Below, one piece after another: positions 48,801-61,600 of a stretch of DNA of 64,000 nt; positions within the stretch are counted from its first letter, which is position 1, and each line of letters opens with the position of its first letter. The stretch comes from Tubulanus polymorphus (taxonomy: Eukaryota; Animalia; Nemertea). Both the position numbers and the translations under genes were made by a program. The notes beneath the pieces are model-generated. The model saw only the letters and a list, made by a program, of their open reading frames with translations, was not told the origin of the DNA and searched no databases. Where the stretch lies: contig NC_134032.1 in the NCBI RefSeq assembly GCF_964204645.1, positions 14,806,275 to 14,870,274 on the forward strand. The letters run 5' to 3'.

Positions 48801-51800
48801 GGTCTGTTAATCGGGCTCTAGAACAAAGTCGGTCTTAAGTCTAACCCATGAGCATGGAACCGGTCCCCCCGGTTTATAGAACCGGCAACTGTAACGTACC
48901 GTCGGTTTGAGTGAAATTGCCCGAGGTTGGTAGCGGCCCGCGGGCGTGTATGATACCGCATCGATGAGGCATCTCATCCTCGTTCGGGTACTCGGATGCG
49001 CTGTAATAATCCAACGAGTAAACTACTCGTAAATACAGAATCAATCGATCTAAAACCTGATTCAACTGCGGCTCGTGATCGATCGCTATTTCTGGATTTT
49101 CTTCTTTCGGTTTGTCGTCGACCGGTTGCCCTTTTAATAAACGATAACAAAATCATTAAACATTAGAAAATCAAATGGCATTAGAAAGTGGCCGAGTCAG
49201 ATTCGACGATCATTCCTGAATAAGGAGTTTTCAAGGAGAAAATTTCAAATTTCAAGGAAGCATCTGCATCATATTCATATTGCATATAAGGAGCTTTGAA
49301 GGAGTTTTAAAGGAGAAAATTTCAAATTCGACACCTATTAAGGCATAGTTTACTGTACCACTTGTCACAGGTTTCGTACAGATCAGCCATTCCGGGATGA
49401 ACCGCAAGGCAATGAGTTTTGAAGGGGTTTTAAAGGAGAAAATTTATAATTTCTAGGAAGCTTCTGCATCACGTTCATATCCCAATTACTGTAGACTCCT
49501 GCTAAATCAGTTCCGTTTATCTCAGTGAAACATTTAATCTGGTGGCTTTTGTGAGCAAAATTTCATCCTTATACACTAGTAAACTCTGTTTCTAATTACG
49601 TAACCAACTAATTGGGTATAAAATCCTACTGTACAACTACAAACATTTCTAATTGCCTGTTTCTCAAAATTGAAGTTGTGGGAATTTTTGTTCAAATCAA
49701 AGGAGTTTGGAGCATTAAGGTAGCATCATGTGGCTGGGTCTTCCCTAGGGGGCATAGGGAGGTAAGTGGCAGAGTCTACTAGGGAGGAGGGGGAGGTATG
49801 TGGCAGAGTCTACTAGGGAGGAAGGGGTGTTACTTACCCAATAATTCCTCCTCTTCATAACTTCCCTCTTCAACTAAATAATCAGTGATGTTTTTCAAGA
49901 CGGGATTCTTCGAAACCAAACCAAACGTCTGCTTATAAAACACAATCATCATTCTAACAAAATCTCTTTACTTTAGTTCATTCTTAAAAGTTATCTCTCT
50001 TTTTATACGTTTAATATGTTTTACATCATTTTCATGCATTTTGGAGGTGAGGGGACTGCTCCTGACACTGATAGTGGAGAGTACTGCTCCAGGTACACAG
50101 GTGGTGAGGGGACTGCTCCTGACATTTGAAGGAGGGAAGAGGACTGCTCCTGACATTCAAGAACAGAGGACTGCTCAGGGTACTCAGGAGACCGCTCCAG
50201 GTACTGACAGGAGACGAGGGCACTGCTCCTGACACTCAAGGGCAGAGGACTGCTCCAGGTACTCAGGAGGTGAGGGGCCTGCTCCTGGACAGTCAGAGAG
50301 GACTGCTCCGGGTACTTGGAAGGAGACTGGTGCCGATACTCAGGAGGTGAGGGGCCTGCTCCTGGACAGTCAGAGAGGACTGCTCCGGGTACTTGGAAGG
50401 AGACTGGTGCCGATACTCAGGAGGTGAGGGGCCTGCTCCTGGACAGTCAGAGAGGACTGCTCCGGGTACTCAGAAGGAGACTGCCGCCGATACTCAGGAG
50501 GTGAGGGGCCTGTGCCTGTCATTCGACAGAGGATGGACTGCTCCGGGTACTCAGAAGGGGACAACTCCTACCTGTTTACCGGTATCTGTTTTCTCCTCTT
50601 CCTCCCACAGTTTCCACTTATTGTCGAAAGCCTGAATGATTTTCGCAGCGTTTTTCACGTCTTGTTTAACGATGTGTTTGTGAACGGCGAGACCGCTGAC
50701 GAAACGAACTCGTTGTTTTAACTCGCGGTTTACGATCGCTCCCAACTCGCATTCGCGTAACTACAATTCAAATCAACACGTTTCGTAATGCAAACAATAG
50801 ATGGCGTCTGGGTGAGGTTTCGTACTAAGACTAAACTACCTCGTATCTCTCCATTGTTATAATTTTCACCAAAACGTCAAAAATTGAAGTTTTGATTGAA
50901 AATGAACTAGAAATTATTCCGATTTAGAGAGGAGTATCTTTTGGTATTTTTGGGATCAGTAATTGAGGATTCAAAAACAAGTAGAAATTAATAACCAATA
51001 ATGATATACAATTCCTTATATAGCGTGGTTCTAAATTCTTAACCACTTAGCTACTCTCAAATAGTAGACTTAGGTCGAGGAATAGCACACCCTACGAAGT
51101 GGGTTTCTGATTAGCGAGGCACTGTGAGGGGCAATGTGAGGAAACGAGGCGCTGTCAGGATGAACTCTTTGAGACGCAGATCAACGAAGGCTAGCTAGGT
51201 AGAACACACTTTACGACAAGAGGGGAAGTAGGTGAAGCTGGTCTAATGCGTAAGAAGGGGGGGAGGGTTACTTATGATCATACTTTACAACAAGGGGGGT
51301 AGTAGGTGAAGCTGGTCTAATGGGTAAGGGGGGGAGGGTTACTTATGATCATACTCTACGACAAGGGGGGTAGTAGGTGAAGCTGGTCTAATGGGTAAGG
51401 GGGGGGGAGGGTTACTTACGCGAATATTATTGAGATTCCAGCAGATATCTTTAATATTAACCGACCGATCGAATGTGACCCAGCCACGACGGAAGAACCG
51501 GCGTTCCGGCTGCGGGTCTTGTAACGCCACGCGAATAAATCCCGGATAACGTTTACAAACCTGAAACACAAACAACCAGTAGGTCATAGACGATTCAATC
51601 ACTAGGGGGCGCTGGTGAGCGTCCGCTAGGTGGCGTTACTTACAGCTTCGACCTCTGATTTCGTGATACTAGGAGCGAGGTTTCTCAGGAAGATCGACGA
51701 CGTTCGATGAAGTTCTTTCGGAAATTTCTGTTTTTCGGTGTCGACATCTTTTTCATCGGAATCCGCTGAAAATGGAGAGAAATAATTCACCGAGTTTTTG

Positions 51801-54800
51801 AATTTTTCAACTGTTTTTCTTGTTGAATTTAAATTTTTAAAATTTTCCGATTGAATTCTGACCTTCGTTTTCTTTTTTCGCAACCACTTCACCGTCCTCG
51901 GTGTCACACGACTCTTTAATAGCTGTTGTCGCCGTGGTTACCGCAGGTGGATTCTCGGTCGGTGTATCTGCTCCGTTAGTTTGCGATTCTACACCAGGTG
52001 GCGCCGGTTCGTTCGGGTCGGAGTTGGACTCGGATCCGGATTCCGATCCGGAACCCGTGTCGTAGTTATACTCGGATTTATCTCGTTTACGTTTTTTGCC
52101 CGTTTTTTTGCCGTCCGTTTCATCGATATCGGTAGTCGTCGTCGGCGACCCGTGCTCGGACGTCGTCGGGTCTTTATTCTGAAGAAATTCTCGAGCTTTT
52201 TTTATGATCTCTTCTTGAACCGGGGACATCGCTTTATCCTAACATACAAATACATACATCATCTTACAATTCATTTTACACTTACTAAAAATGTTTCAAA
52301 ATATCATTTTAAGAACCAGTTCCACAGTTCAGAACCCAGTTCCACAGTTCTAGATCCAGTTCCACAGGTCAGGACCCAGTTCCACAGTTCTGAACCCAGT
52401 TCCACAGTTCAGGACCCAGTTTCACAGGTCAGGACCCAGTTCCACAGTTCAGGACCCAGTTCCACATTTCTGCATCCAGTTCCACAGTTCAGGACCCAGT
52501 TCCACATTTCTGCATCCAGTTCCACAGTTCAGGACCCAGTTCCACATTTCTGCATCCAGTTCCACAGTTCTAGATCCAGTTCCACAGTTACTGGATCCAG
52601 TTTCACAGTTCTGGACCCAGTTCCATAGTCCTGGACCCAGTTCCACAGTTCTGGACCCAGTTCCACAGTTCAGGAGTCAGATCCACAGTCCTGGACCAAG
52701 TTCCACAGTCCTGGACCCAGTTCTACAGTTCTGCATCCAGTTCCACAGTTCTAGATCCAGTTCTACAGTTCTGGACCCAGTTTCACAGTTCTGGACCCAG
52801 TTCCACAGTTCAGGAGTCAGATCCACAGTCCTGGACCAAGTTCCACAGTCCTGGACCCAGTTCTACAGTTCTGCATCCAGTTCCACAGTTCTAGATCCAG
52901 TTCCACAGTTACTGGATCCAGTTTCACAGTTCTGGACCCAGTTCCACAGTTCTGGACACAGTTCCACAGTTCTGGACTCAGTTCCACAGTTCAGGACCCT
53001 GTTCCACAGTTCAGGACTCAGTTCCACAGTTCAGGACCCTGTTCCACAGTTCAGGACCCAGTTTCACAGTTCAGGACCCAGGTCATAACTCTGTCTGCTG
53101 AACTTTAATTTTCAATTTTCTAACTAAACATAGAAGATACGAACCTCAGGTTTAGAGTCGCCAGTCTCATCTGCTGCCTCTTTCTGTTCAGACTCTTCGG
53201 TCTCTTCTTCCGGTTTAGGCTCAGACTGAACAAATGCCCTGAAATACACAATATACACTGCAGGTGGCGCTGCAAGCAATACGCACATTGCCGGATCCAC
53301 TTCCACATGATCCACTTCCACAGTTGCGGGCAAATATTTATCAAAAACTGGGTTCAATCCAGATAAGAAAATCCAACATTATCAACACTATCATTATCAA
53401 CACTAACACTATCATTAATTCCCTGACCCTCATAATACTGACCCGCTGTATTTTTTGATATCTTTAGCACATTCAGCGCTGTGACGTTGAGACTCTAACT
53501 GTTCCTCGGTCATATCCAACACTGTCAAATCGTAATCATCACCACCTTCTAACAGTATCACAACTACAAATATACAATTATCATCATCATCAAAGATGGC
53601 CGCCTATATTCAATCCTCCTATGACATCGAATTATCGCTTTAGACATGTCCATGTAAGATGGTTGCTACTATAAGTACCCCCTATGACATCACAAAATTG
53701 CCTAATACATGAACACACTTCTAGAAAAGATGTATACCACCATAAATCCTCCTATGACATCATTTATTATCAGTTCCAAAAAGATGGATTTCTGTGAATC
53801 GCGATATTGTCGTTTATAATCCAGTCACCCAGCAAGCGCCCCCTATCTGAGACAATCGAAACTTACCGGCGTCTAAGAATCTAACGATTTTATCGACGCA
53901 ATCGTGATCTAAAGAATGTCCGTCGATGAACCCTTTATCGACGAGGTGTTGGAACACTTCGACGCGACGTTTCAGGACGGCGCGCTGGTCCTCGTGACGT
54001 TTCTCGCATTCCTCCGGGTGATACTTCGCTTTAAACCTAATAGAGGGAGCCACCGAAATAGAGAGAGAGAGAAAGAAAACAGACATCGATGAAAACAAAG
54101 GTTCGGAAAAAATGATCCCTCAATCTACAACGGAATCTACCTGGCACCCCCTCCTCCCTTCCTCCCTCCCCGCCAAACCTTTCATACATTTACAAACTCT
54201 TTTAGCACTGTTACGTATCTTACCGTTTATCGACCAATCAAATCCACTTATTATATATCGACGGCATTATTACGGTTGCCACGGTTACGCGCGTTTACAC
54301 GAATGTTCGTTTTGGAACATATATTTTTTCGACCCTAATCTAAGCTATAACTTTTACTGATTTCTAATGCACTGCATTGTGCGCAGTGCCCTAAACTAAT
54401 AACGGACGGACGGACGGTCGCTAGCGCGGACGATCCACGATCTATCTTCTCTCCGTTCCAACTCGTCGACGGCAACTCGCTATACGTATATATACATATA
54501 TATATATATATATTGGTTTGTACGTATTTTTGTTTAACGCAGCTGTGGACAAAAGTGATTTTTTTAAAAAACGACATCAAGCAAGCAGAAAAGATAGAGA
54601 GAGAGAGTGAGCGTGCACACTTTCATTACAAATACACGCCTATCTTTAAATATCGAATGGATTGAGTCCGGCGTATTTTGTGCGTTTTCGTATCAAAAGT
54701 GTGCAGACCTTGAAACAAAAACAAAAATATCGATTAATATGAAATTAATATGAATAGGGATTCTAGACATTTCCCCACAGTCAAACCTAGTTACTACAGT

Positions 54801-57795
54801 GCTGTATATAGTAGTTTCATCGTATCCGTGTTTTAGTGAAACAGATTTTACCAGCCACCGGACCCGAGAAATATACCGTATTTTAGTGAAATATATTTTT
54901 TGGGAAATATTGCGTTTTACCGAGGTCGAAATGGCTACATTTTTTTAAAAATCATTTTTTTGTCTAGGCTGAACCACTTGGAATTGGGAGCAACTCTCTT
55001 GCATTCAACCCCGGCTTTATTATGGCAGTATCATGAAGGTACAACTAGATTTATTTGTTGCTAAGATGCTAAAAATCTAAATGAAACTATCCCACGTATA
55101 GGGTACAGTAAGAAATTTGCAAGTCAATATCAGAAGCTATTTAGGGTTTAAGAATACGAACAAGGTTGTGCAGAAAACCCTTTATCGCTGCTTTGCAGCT
55201 ATATTCGATTTAATTCTTTTCTTGATTATCAATTTCGTCAACCTGGGATAAACGATCAAACTGTGGAGGCCAGGATACTGACAATAGATGATCTCGTAAA
55301 TTGAGAGGATACTCTCTAGGGGCCAGGTTGTACAGTCGTGACTTGAAGTCCAAAAGTGGTCTTAAATCTTAAGACTGGTATTAAGTTGTAGTTAGATTGG
55401 CTATAGAACTAAGTTGGTCTTAGATTGAGGATTAAGCTATGACGATGGAACCGGCCCTAGATCAGCATTAGTTGAGGCTTGCACCCTCACCCTCACCCCC
55501 GCCCCCTTGTTGAGATAAAATATAATCAGAGATAGATATCTCACCATTCCTCATCTTTATGAGCCAAGAAGAATTCGTTAATTTGATCGCGATGAAATTC
55601 CAGTTTGTACTCGGCGAATTTTTTGACGGCTTCCTCGTCCGAGATGGAGTCGTCCTGCGAGGCGAGGAACTGTTTAAATGTCATCTGTAACGGTTGCGAC
55701 GGATAATCCGGATTTGGCGGCCTGCACAAAAAGTAATTCAAGCGAATCATCAAATCTTTTTTTATCACGGTGTGTAGAATAAATTGCTTATGATGAGCAC
55801 AAGCATTTTAACAAAACCTACACAGGACCGTAGCCAGCCATGTTTTTGCTAGTTCTATTTTCTTGAAAGAGGAACTTTTTTTTTCTAGAAAGAGGAACAT
55901 TTGTAAGGTACCCACGCTAATGTCAGGTCCTGTGAGAAAATTATTGAAAATGAGATACAAAGAAAAGCAATTTCACAACTTCTAGCATATTTACATATTT
56001 AGGGTGAATATTCATTCAAACCCCCTAGCCTAAACTTTTTTCTTCTAAATATATACATGACTTTATTTGACAAAGAATTATAATGTTTAAAGTTTGCTCT
56101 GGTACAAAAAGTACACTAATAGCAACACCATAATGCAAGGTTCCTACAATTCCTGGTATCCAGAATTCAAGGACTTTTCAAGGAGTAATTTTCAAAATTC
56201 AAGGAGGTTTTTCGCGGTCATATATAAGGAAAAAAAGTCGAAAAATCAGAAACAAAATCCATGTTTTTCTCGAATTTTGATCAGTTGTTGTGTGTGCCGT
56301 TTTGGTTTTACATGTTTAAATGTTTTAAATCTCAAAGTGAAACAACTTTCACTCACAAGTCACACAATGAGGTATAATAGAATACACTGTCTTCTGAAAA
56401 GGACCTTTTGAAAATTTTTAATAGGACTTTCCCAGAATTTAAGGAGTTTCAAGGAGTTTATGGATATTTCTCAAAATTGAAGGATTTTCAAGGACCTTGA
56501 AAAATATATTCAAAAATCAAGGAGTTTTCAAGGATTCAAGGAGTTGTAGGGACCCTGTAATGATAATATTGTTAACAAGTAATCTTCTAAATATAGGCCT
56601 TCTGCTGTCGATGATTTAACTATGTATTCTAACACTTCATCATCAGAGTCAAACAAGAACGTTTTCAATTCCCTGACTGTTTTTTGCTCATTGAAATACT
56701 GAGATTAATGTCAGTCCCTTCCAGTAGCGTAGATGTGTACAAGATTCTAATCATTGATGTAAATATTTGCGAATACTTAAAATCTCCTTTATTTTTCAGT
56801 TGTCACCAGACGATATTTTTTTTTTAACAGTTAGTATCAAATTTCAAATTACCGTTTTTCGGGCATCGACGGAATTGGTTCACGTTCTCGATGTCTGTCC
56901 CTCGGTTCGCGGATATCGTGGTCCCATCCACCTCCGCCCTGACCTCCGAACGGCGGACCGTCGTAGTGACCATAACCACCAGGTTCATCCCTGAAATTAT
57001 AACAATCATCTTCATGTAAGAGACCAGGGTCGACAGTGAGGGGAGGGAAGAGGGGCTGTGCAGGGAGTGGCTATACAGGGAGTGGGAGGCCGTTAGGGGA
57101 GGGCTGTGATGGGAGGAGTTGGAGGGCTGTGATGGGAGGAGTTGGAGGGACTGTGAGGGGAGGAGAGGGAGAGCTGTGAGGGGAGGAGTTGGAGGGACTG
57201 TGAGGGGAGGAGAGGGAGAGCTGTGAGGGGAGGAGTTGGAGGGACTGAGGGGAGGAGTTGGAGAGTTGTGAGGGGAGGTGTTAGAGGGACTGTGAGGGTA
57301 GGAGTTGGAGGGACTGTGAGGGGAGGAGTTGGAGGGACTGTGAGGGGAGGAGTTGGAGGGACTGTGAGGGGAACCCTTACCATTCTCTTGATCTCATACG
57401 TTTATGAGGGGGACTACGAGGGGGTGGACTGTTATAACGGTCTCCACGGCGACGGTCGTATTCTCTGTTATAAGAGTCTCTGCGATCATGATCGATTCCA
57501 CGTCGACCCCAACTATCTCCGCCACGTCTACAACAATCAAAAATACCATCGTCAACGGCAACATATATAATCATTACAGACAAAAATCAAGAAAGTATTG
57601 ATTATCGAGATCGGCTCCGTGATTACCGCAATGGACCTACCACCCCTGCTCATGTAATAATGAGACATACCTGCCACCCCCGTCATCCCATTGATCACGA
57701 CGACCGCGTTCCTCGCGTCTCTCGTAGTCGTTTCGTTCCCGGCGGAATTTATCGCGACTTCGACGTCGCTGCTCGTATTCCTCGTCGCTATCCAT
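45840..57795 (-). CDS. SRRT: Serrate RNA effector molecule homolog (ARS2)
   Basis: Exons 57795-57671, 57527-57381, 56990-56853, 55721-55545, 54036-53867, 53563-53443, 53238-53145, 52238-51863, 51765-51644, 51560-51420, 50760-50572, 49928(or 49931)-49838, 49130-48900, 48346-48238, 47316-47163, 47073-46884, 46115-46004, 45912-45840. Hallmarks: [31 protein letters not shown] ([18 protein letters not shown]), [27 protein letters not shown]-terminal [20 protein letters not shown]. Confidence 0.96.
46245..46468 (+). mobile_element. L2/CR1-type LINE 3' end fragment
   Basis: [11 protein letters not shown] / [14 protein letters not shown] terminal peptide and a (tccta)n tail. Confidence 0.7.
47317..48237 (-). 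other. U12-type (minor spliceosome) AT-AC intron in SRRT
   Basis: Donor GC|ATATCCTTTT, branch-site-like TTCGTTTAAC ~12 nt before the terminal CAC|T. Splicing here restores KDIEAEVEKFV. Confidence 0.88.
47415..48198. repeat. ~62-bp-based higher-order minisatellite inside the U12 intron
   Basis: Unit aatttgatgatgtcatagggggatttcatgaagacagccatctttctagaattcaaaatcaac. Confidence 0.9.
50044..50555. repeat. ggactgctcc / caggaggtgagggg minisatellite in an SRRT intron
   Basis: Tandem ~77-bp higher-order units. Confidence 0.85.
52314..53081. repeat. 20-bp ggacccagttccacagttc satellite in an SRRT intron
   Basis: ~38 tandem copies. Confidence 0.93.
56136..56557. mobile_element. hAT-like element with 5-bp TSD (hAT5-type)
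   Basis: taatg|caaggttcctacaattcc ... ggagttgtagggaccctg|taatg. Confidence 0.65.
57095..57372. repeat. 24-bp G-rich minisatellite abutting an SRRT donor
   Basis: Unit ggagggactgtgagggggaggagtt. Confidence 0.9.
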
Positions 57796-58631
57796 CGTCG
57801 TCTGCTCGATATCAATTCAACTACAATCAAAACGATTTTATTAGATTAACAAATCATGTCCCCGACGAGTGAATTCTTCAAACTGGGCACCAAACCGGTA
57901 TTCTTCCCGAATATATTTCACTTCTGCGTCAATTTTAATAATGAACTGAACCGATATTGATAAACAGAACGAAATGTCAAGGACACAATGCAACAATACA
58001 ATATACAGTGAATGTAAGCGCTGTTAACACAGACTATTACTATTCTCTATTCTCTTTTCATTCGTTTTTAAACTCGATTCTAAACCGTTTTGAATGAAGT
58101 AAAGATCGTTTTCGGACGGCCACAGTTTGCATTCACTTTAAAACGCTGAACATTTAACTTACTTGAGTCAGATTTCACGATTAAAAACCTTTATTTGTTC
58201 AGATTTTAATCAATTTCAGATCGGTATTAAGCGACGCTCAACGCAATCCGTCAAAACCCGCGTCGGGTGGGATTCAATTCGCGCGTCGCTGACCGGTAGA
58301 CTGGCTGCCTGTCCCAAATATTGAACACGGTAACCAGTCTAGTGAATAGGTTTCTTCTATCACATCACCAACGCCGCTGCGTCACGATGTATAGGGGACC
58401 TAATTTTTTTTTTGATTTACCGATAGAATTCCCCTAGAGTCCCTATCACTGTATTTTAAATACTTGCTACGCCTGAATTTATCAATAAATAAATTAAATT
58501 TGGATTTACGTACAGTACTTAACGCAATCCCCCAGAACCGTTAAAGGCTCTAGAAGCAGTCCTTCAGATCCCTAAATGAAGTTATTTGATATTTTTTGGA
58601 AATTCGCTTCTTATTCCTGTGTACGATAATT

Positions 58632-61600
58632 ATGGTTCTTCTGGGTAAGTAAATTTGAAACATCTATTTTAAATGAGTATATATTTCCTATGAATTTGGG
58701 TTTCCACTGCAGGGCATAGTAGGGGTTACTCTCTCTAAACTTTAGTTAGTCTCATTGAAGAATCTACGACTACCTACGAAACCATGACGCCAATAAATAA
58801 GGTCAAATTTAAATATATTGTACATATTCCTAAATAACTGGACTAAATTTGATTATATTTAAGGTTTAGAAGTTTCCTCGGTTCAGGAACTGGTTGAGAA
58901 CGCGAGTGGCTCCAATACAGTGTATTTTGGTAAGCGGGTTGTTTGTGTTTATGTGATTGTAGATTTTCCTGATGATCAGCCGATTGTTGTTTATGTGATT
59001 GTAGATTTTCCCGATGATCAGCTGATTGATTGTTTTTATGTGATTGTAGATTTTCCCGATGATCAACTGATTGGTTGTTTAGAAGGCAATCTACATGTTC
59101 TAGACTCATTGATCAGTAAAGTGGATGATGTTACTTGGCAACGCTGGAATCAACAGAGAACAATGGCTTCCGATAACACAGCGCCGACAGGAGACTGTAC
59201 CGGTTAGTAACCCTGTTCACCCTTCTCAGCCTGGACCCTGTTCACCCCTCTCAGCCTGGACCCTATTCCCCCCTCTCAGCCTGGACCCTGTTCCCCCCTC
59301 TCAGCCTGGACCCTGTTCATCCCTCTCAGCCTGGAGCCTGTTCCCCCCTCAGCCTGGACCCTATTCCCCCCTCTCAGCCTGGACCCTGTTCACCCCTCTC
59401 AGCCTGGACCCTATTCCCCCCTCTCAGCCTGGACCCTGTTCCCCCCTCTCAGCCTGGACCCTGTTCATCCCTCTCAGCCTGGAGCCTGTTCCCCCCTCAG
59501 CCTGGACCCTATTCCCCCCTCTCAGCCTGGACCCTGTTCACCCCTCTCAGCCTGGACCCTGTTCACCCCTCTCAGCCTGGACACTGTTCACCCCTCTCAG
59601 CCTGGACCCTATTCCCCCCTCTCAGCCTGGACCCTGTTCACCCCTCTCAGCCTGGACCCTGCACCCCTCTCAGCCTGGACCCTATTCCCCCCTCTCAGCC
59701 TGGACCCTGTTAACCCCTCTCAGCCTGGACCCTGTTCACCCCTCTCAGCCTGGACCCTATTCCCCCCTCTCAGCCTGGACCCTGTTCACCCCTCTCAACC
59801 TGGACCCTGTTCACCCCTCTCAGCCTGGACCCTGTTCACCCCTCTCAGCCTGGACCCTGTTCACCCCTCTCAGCCTGGACCCTGTTCCCCCCTCAGCCTG
59901 GACCCTGTTCTCCCTGTCAGCCTGGACCCTGTTCACCCCTCTTAGCCTGGACACTGTTCACCCCTCTCAGCCTGGACCCTGCACCCCTCTCAGCCTGGAC
60001 CCTATTCCCCCCTCTCAGCCTGGACCCTGTTAACCCCTCTCAGCCTGGACCCTGTTCCCCCCTCTCAGCCTGGACCCTATTCCCCCCTCTCAGCCTGGAC
60101 CCTGTTAACCCCTCTCAGCCTGGACCCTGTTCCCCCCTCTCAGCCTGGACCCTATTCACCCCTCTCAGCCTGGACCCTATTCCCCCTCTCAGCCTGGACC
60201 CTGTTCACCCCTCTCAACCTGGACCCTGTTAACCCCTCTCAGCCTGGACCCTGTTCACCCCTCTCAGCCTGGACCCTATTCCTCCCTCTCAGCCTGGACC
60301 CTGCACACCTCTCAGCCTGGACCCTGTTCACCCCTCTCAGCCTAGACCCTGTTCACCCCTCTCAGCCTGGACCCTGTTCACCCCTCTCAGCCTGGACCCT
60401 GTTCATCCCTCTCAGCCTGGACCCTGTTCACCCCTCTCAGCCTGGACCCTGTTCCCCTCTCAGCCTGGACCCTGTTCACCCCTCTCAGCCTGGACCCTGT
60501 TCACCCCTCTCAGCCTGGACCCTGTTCCCCTCTCAGCCTGGACCCTGTTCACCCCTCTCAGCCTGGACCCTGCACCCCTCTCAGCCTGGACCCTGTTCAC
60601 CCCTCTCAGCCTGGACCCTGTTCACCCCTCTCAGCCTGGACCCTGTTCACCCCTCTCAGCCTGGACCCTGTTCCCCCCTCAGCCTGGACCCTGTTCACCC
60701 CTCTCAGCCTGGACCCTGTTCACCCCTCTCAGCCTGGACCCTGTTCCCCCCTCAGCCTGGACCCTGTTAACCCCTCTCAGCCTGGACCCTGTTCACCCCT
60801 CTCAGCCTGGACCCTATTCCTCCCTCTCAGCCTGGACCCTGCACACCTCTCAGCCTGGACCCTGTTCACCCCTCTCAGCCTGGAGCCTGTTAACCCCTCT
60901 CAGCCTGAACCCTGTTCACCCCTCTCAGCCTGGACCCTGCACCCCTCTCAGCCTGGACCCTGTTCACCCCTCTCAGCCTGGACCCTGTTAACCCCTCTCA
61001 GCCTGGACCCTGTTCACCCCTCTCAGCCTGGACCCAGAAATCCACTCAACTTGGTCCCAGCACCCCCATCCCTTCTGACTGAACCCTGCACTTGTCATTC
61101 GCTGGCCCCTTTATTTTATGAGGTGTGATTTTATCTGTTACAGATGAACAGCAGCAGCAGCAGCAGCAGCTACAGGGATCAGGACAATCAGACATTCACA
61201 GCAACATACTGAAATATTTAAACTCTGCATCGCTTGCCGCAGCAGGTCGCGGTACTCCATGCGTCCTTGACGATAATAAAAGCGCCGCAGTAACCGCGGA
61301 CAACGACGACACGAACGACGCTTCGCAATTCAAACATAAAGAACTAGTAGCGCCATCTGACGGTGAATTCATTAGCAAAGAAGCAAGGGAACGCATCATA
61401 GAAATTATTATCGAACCGTTTAAAGGTACGGAGCTGGTGTACACTCCATATCAGTTTAACCCTTTCTTTGCTGTTACGCTTATTTCACCCAGTTCATATC
61501 AGTTTGTAAAATACTTTTGGAGCAAAATTTGGTTGTCATTTAGTCAATTAACTCAATTGAAAATGAATAAAGTTAGCCCCCGGGTTAAAGGTAATACCAG

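Noticed and set aside
59125-60033. 302-aa Pro-rich ORF
   Set aside because: Translation of the 26-bp intronic minisatellite, out of frame with the ZNF2 exon.
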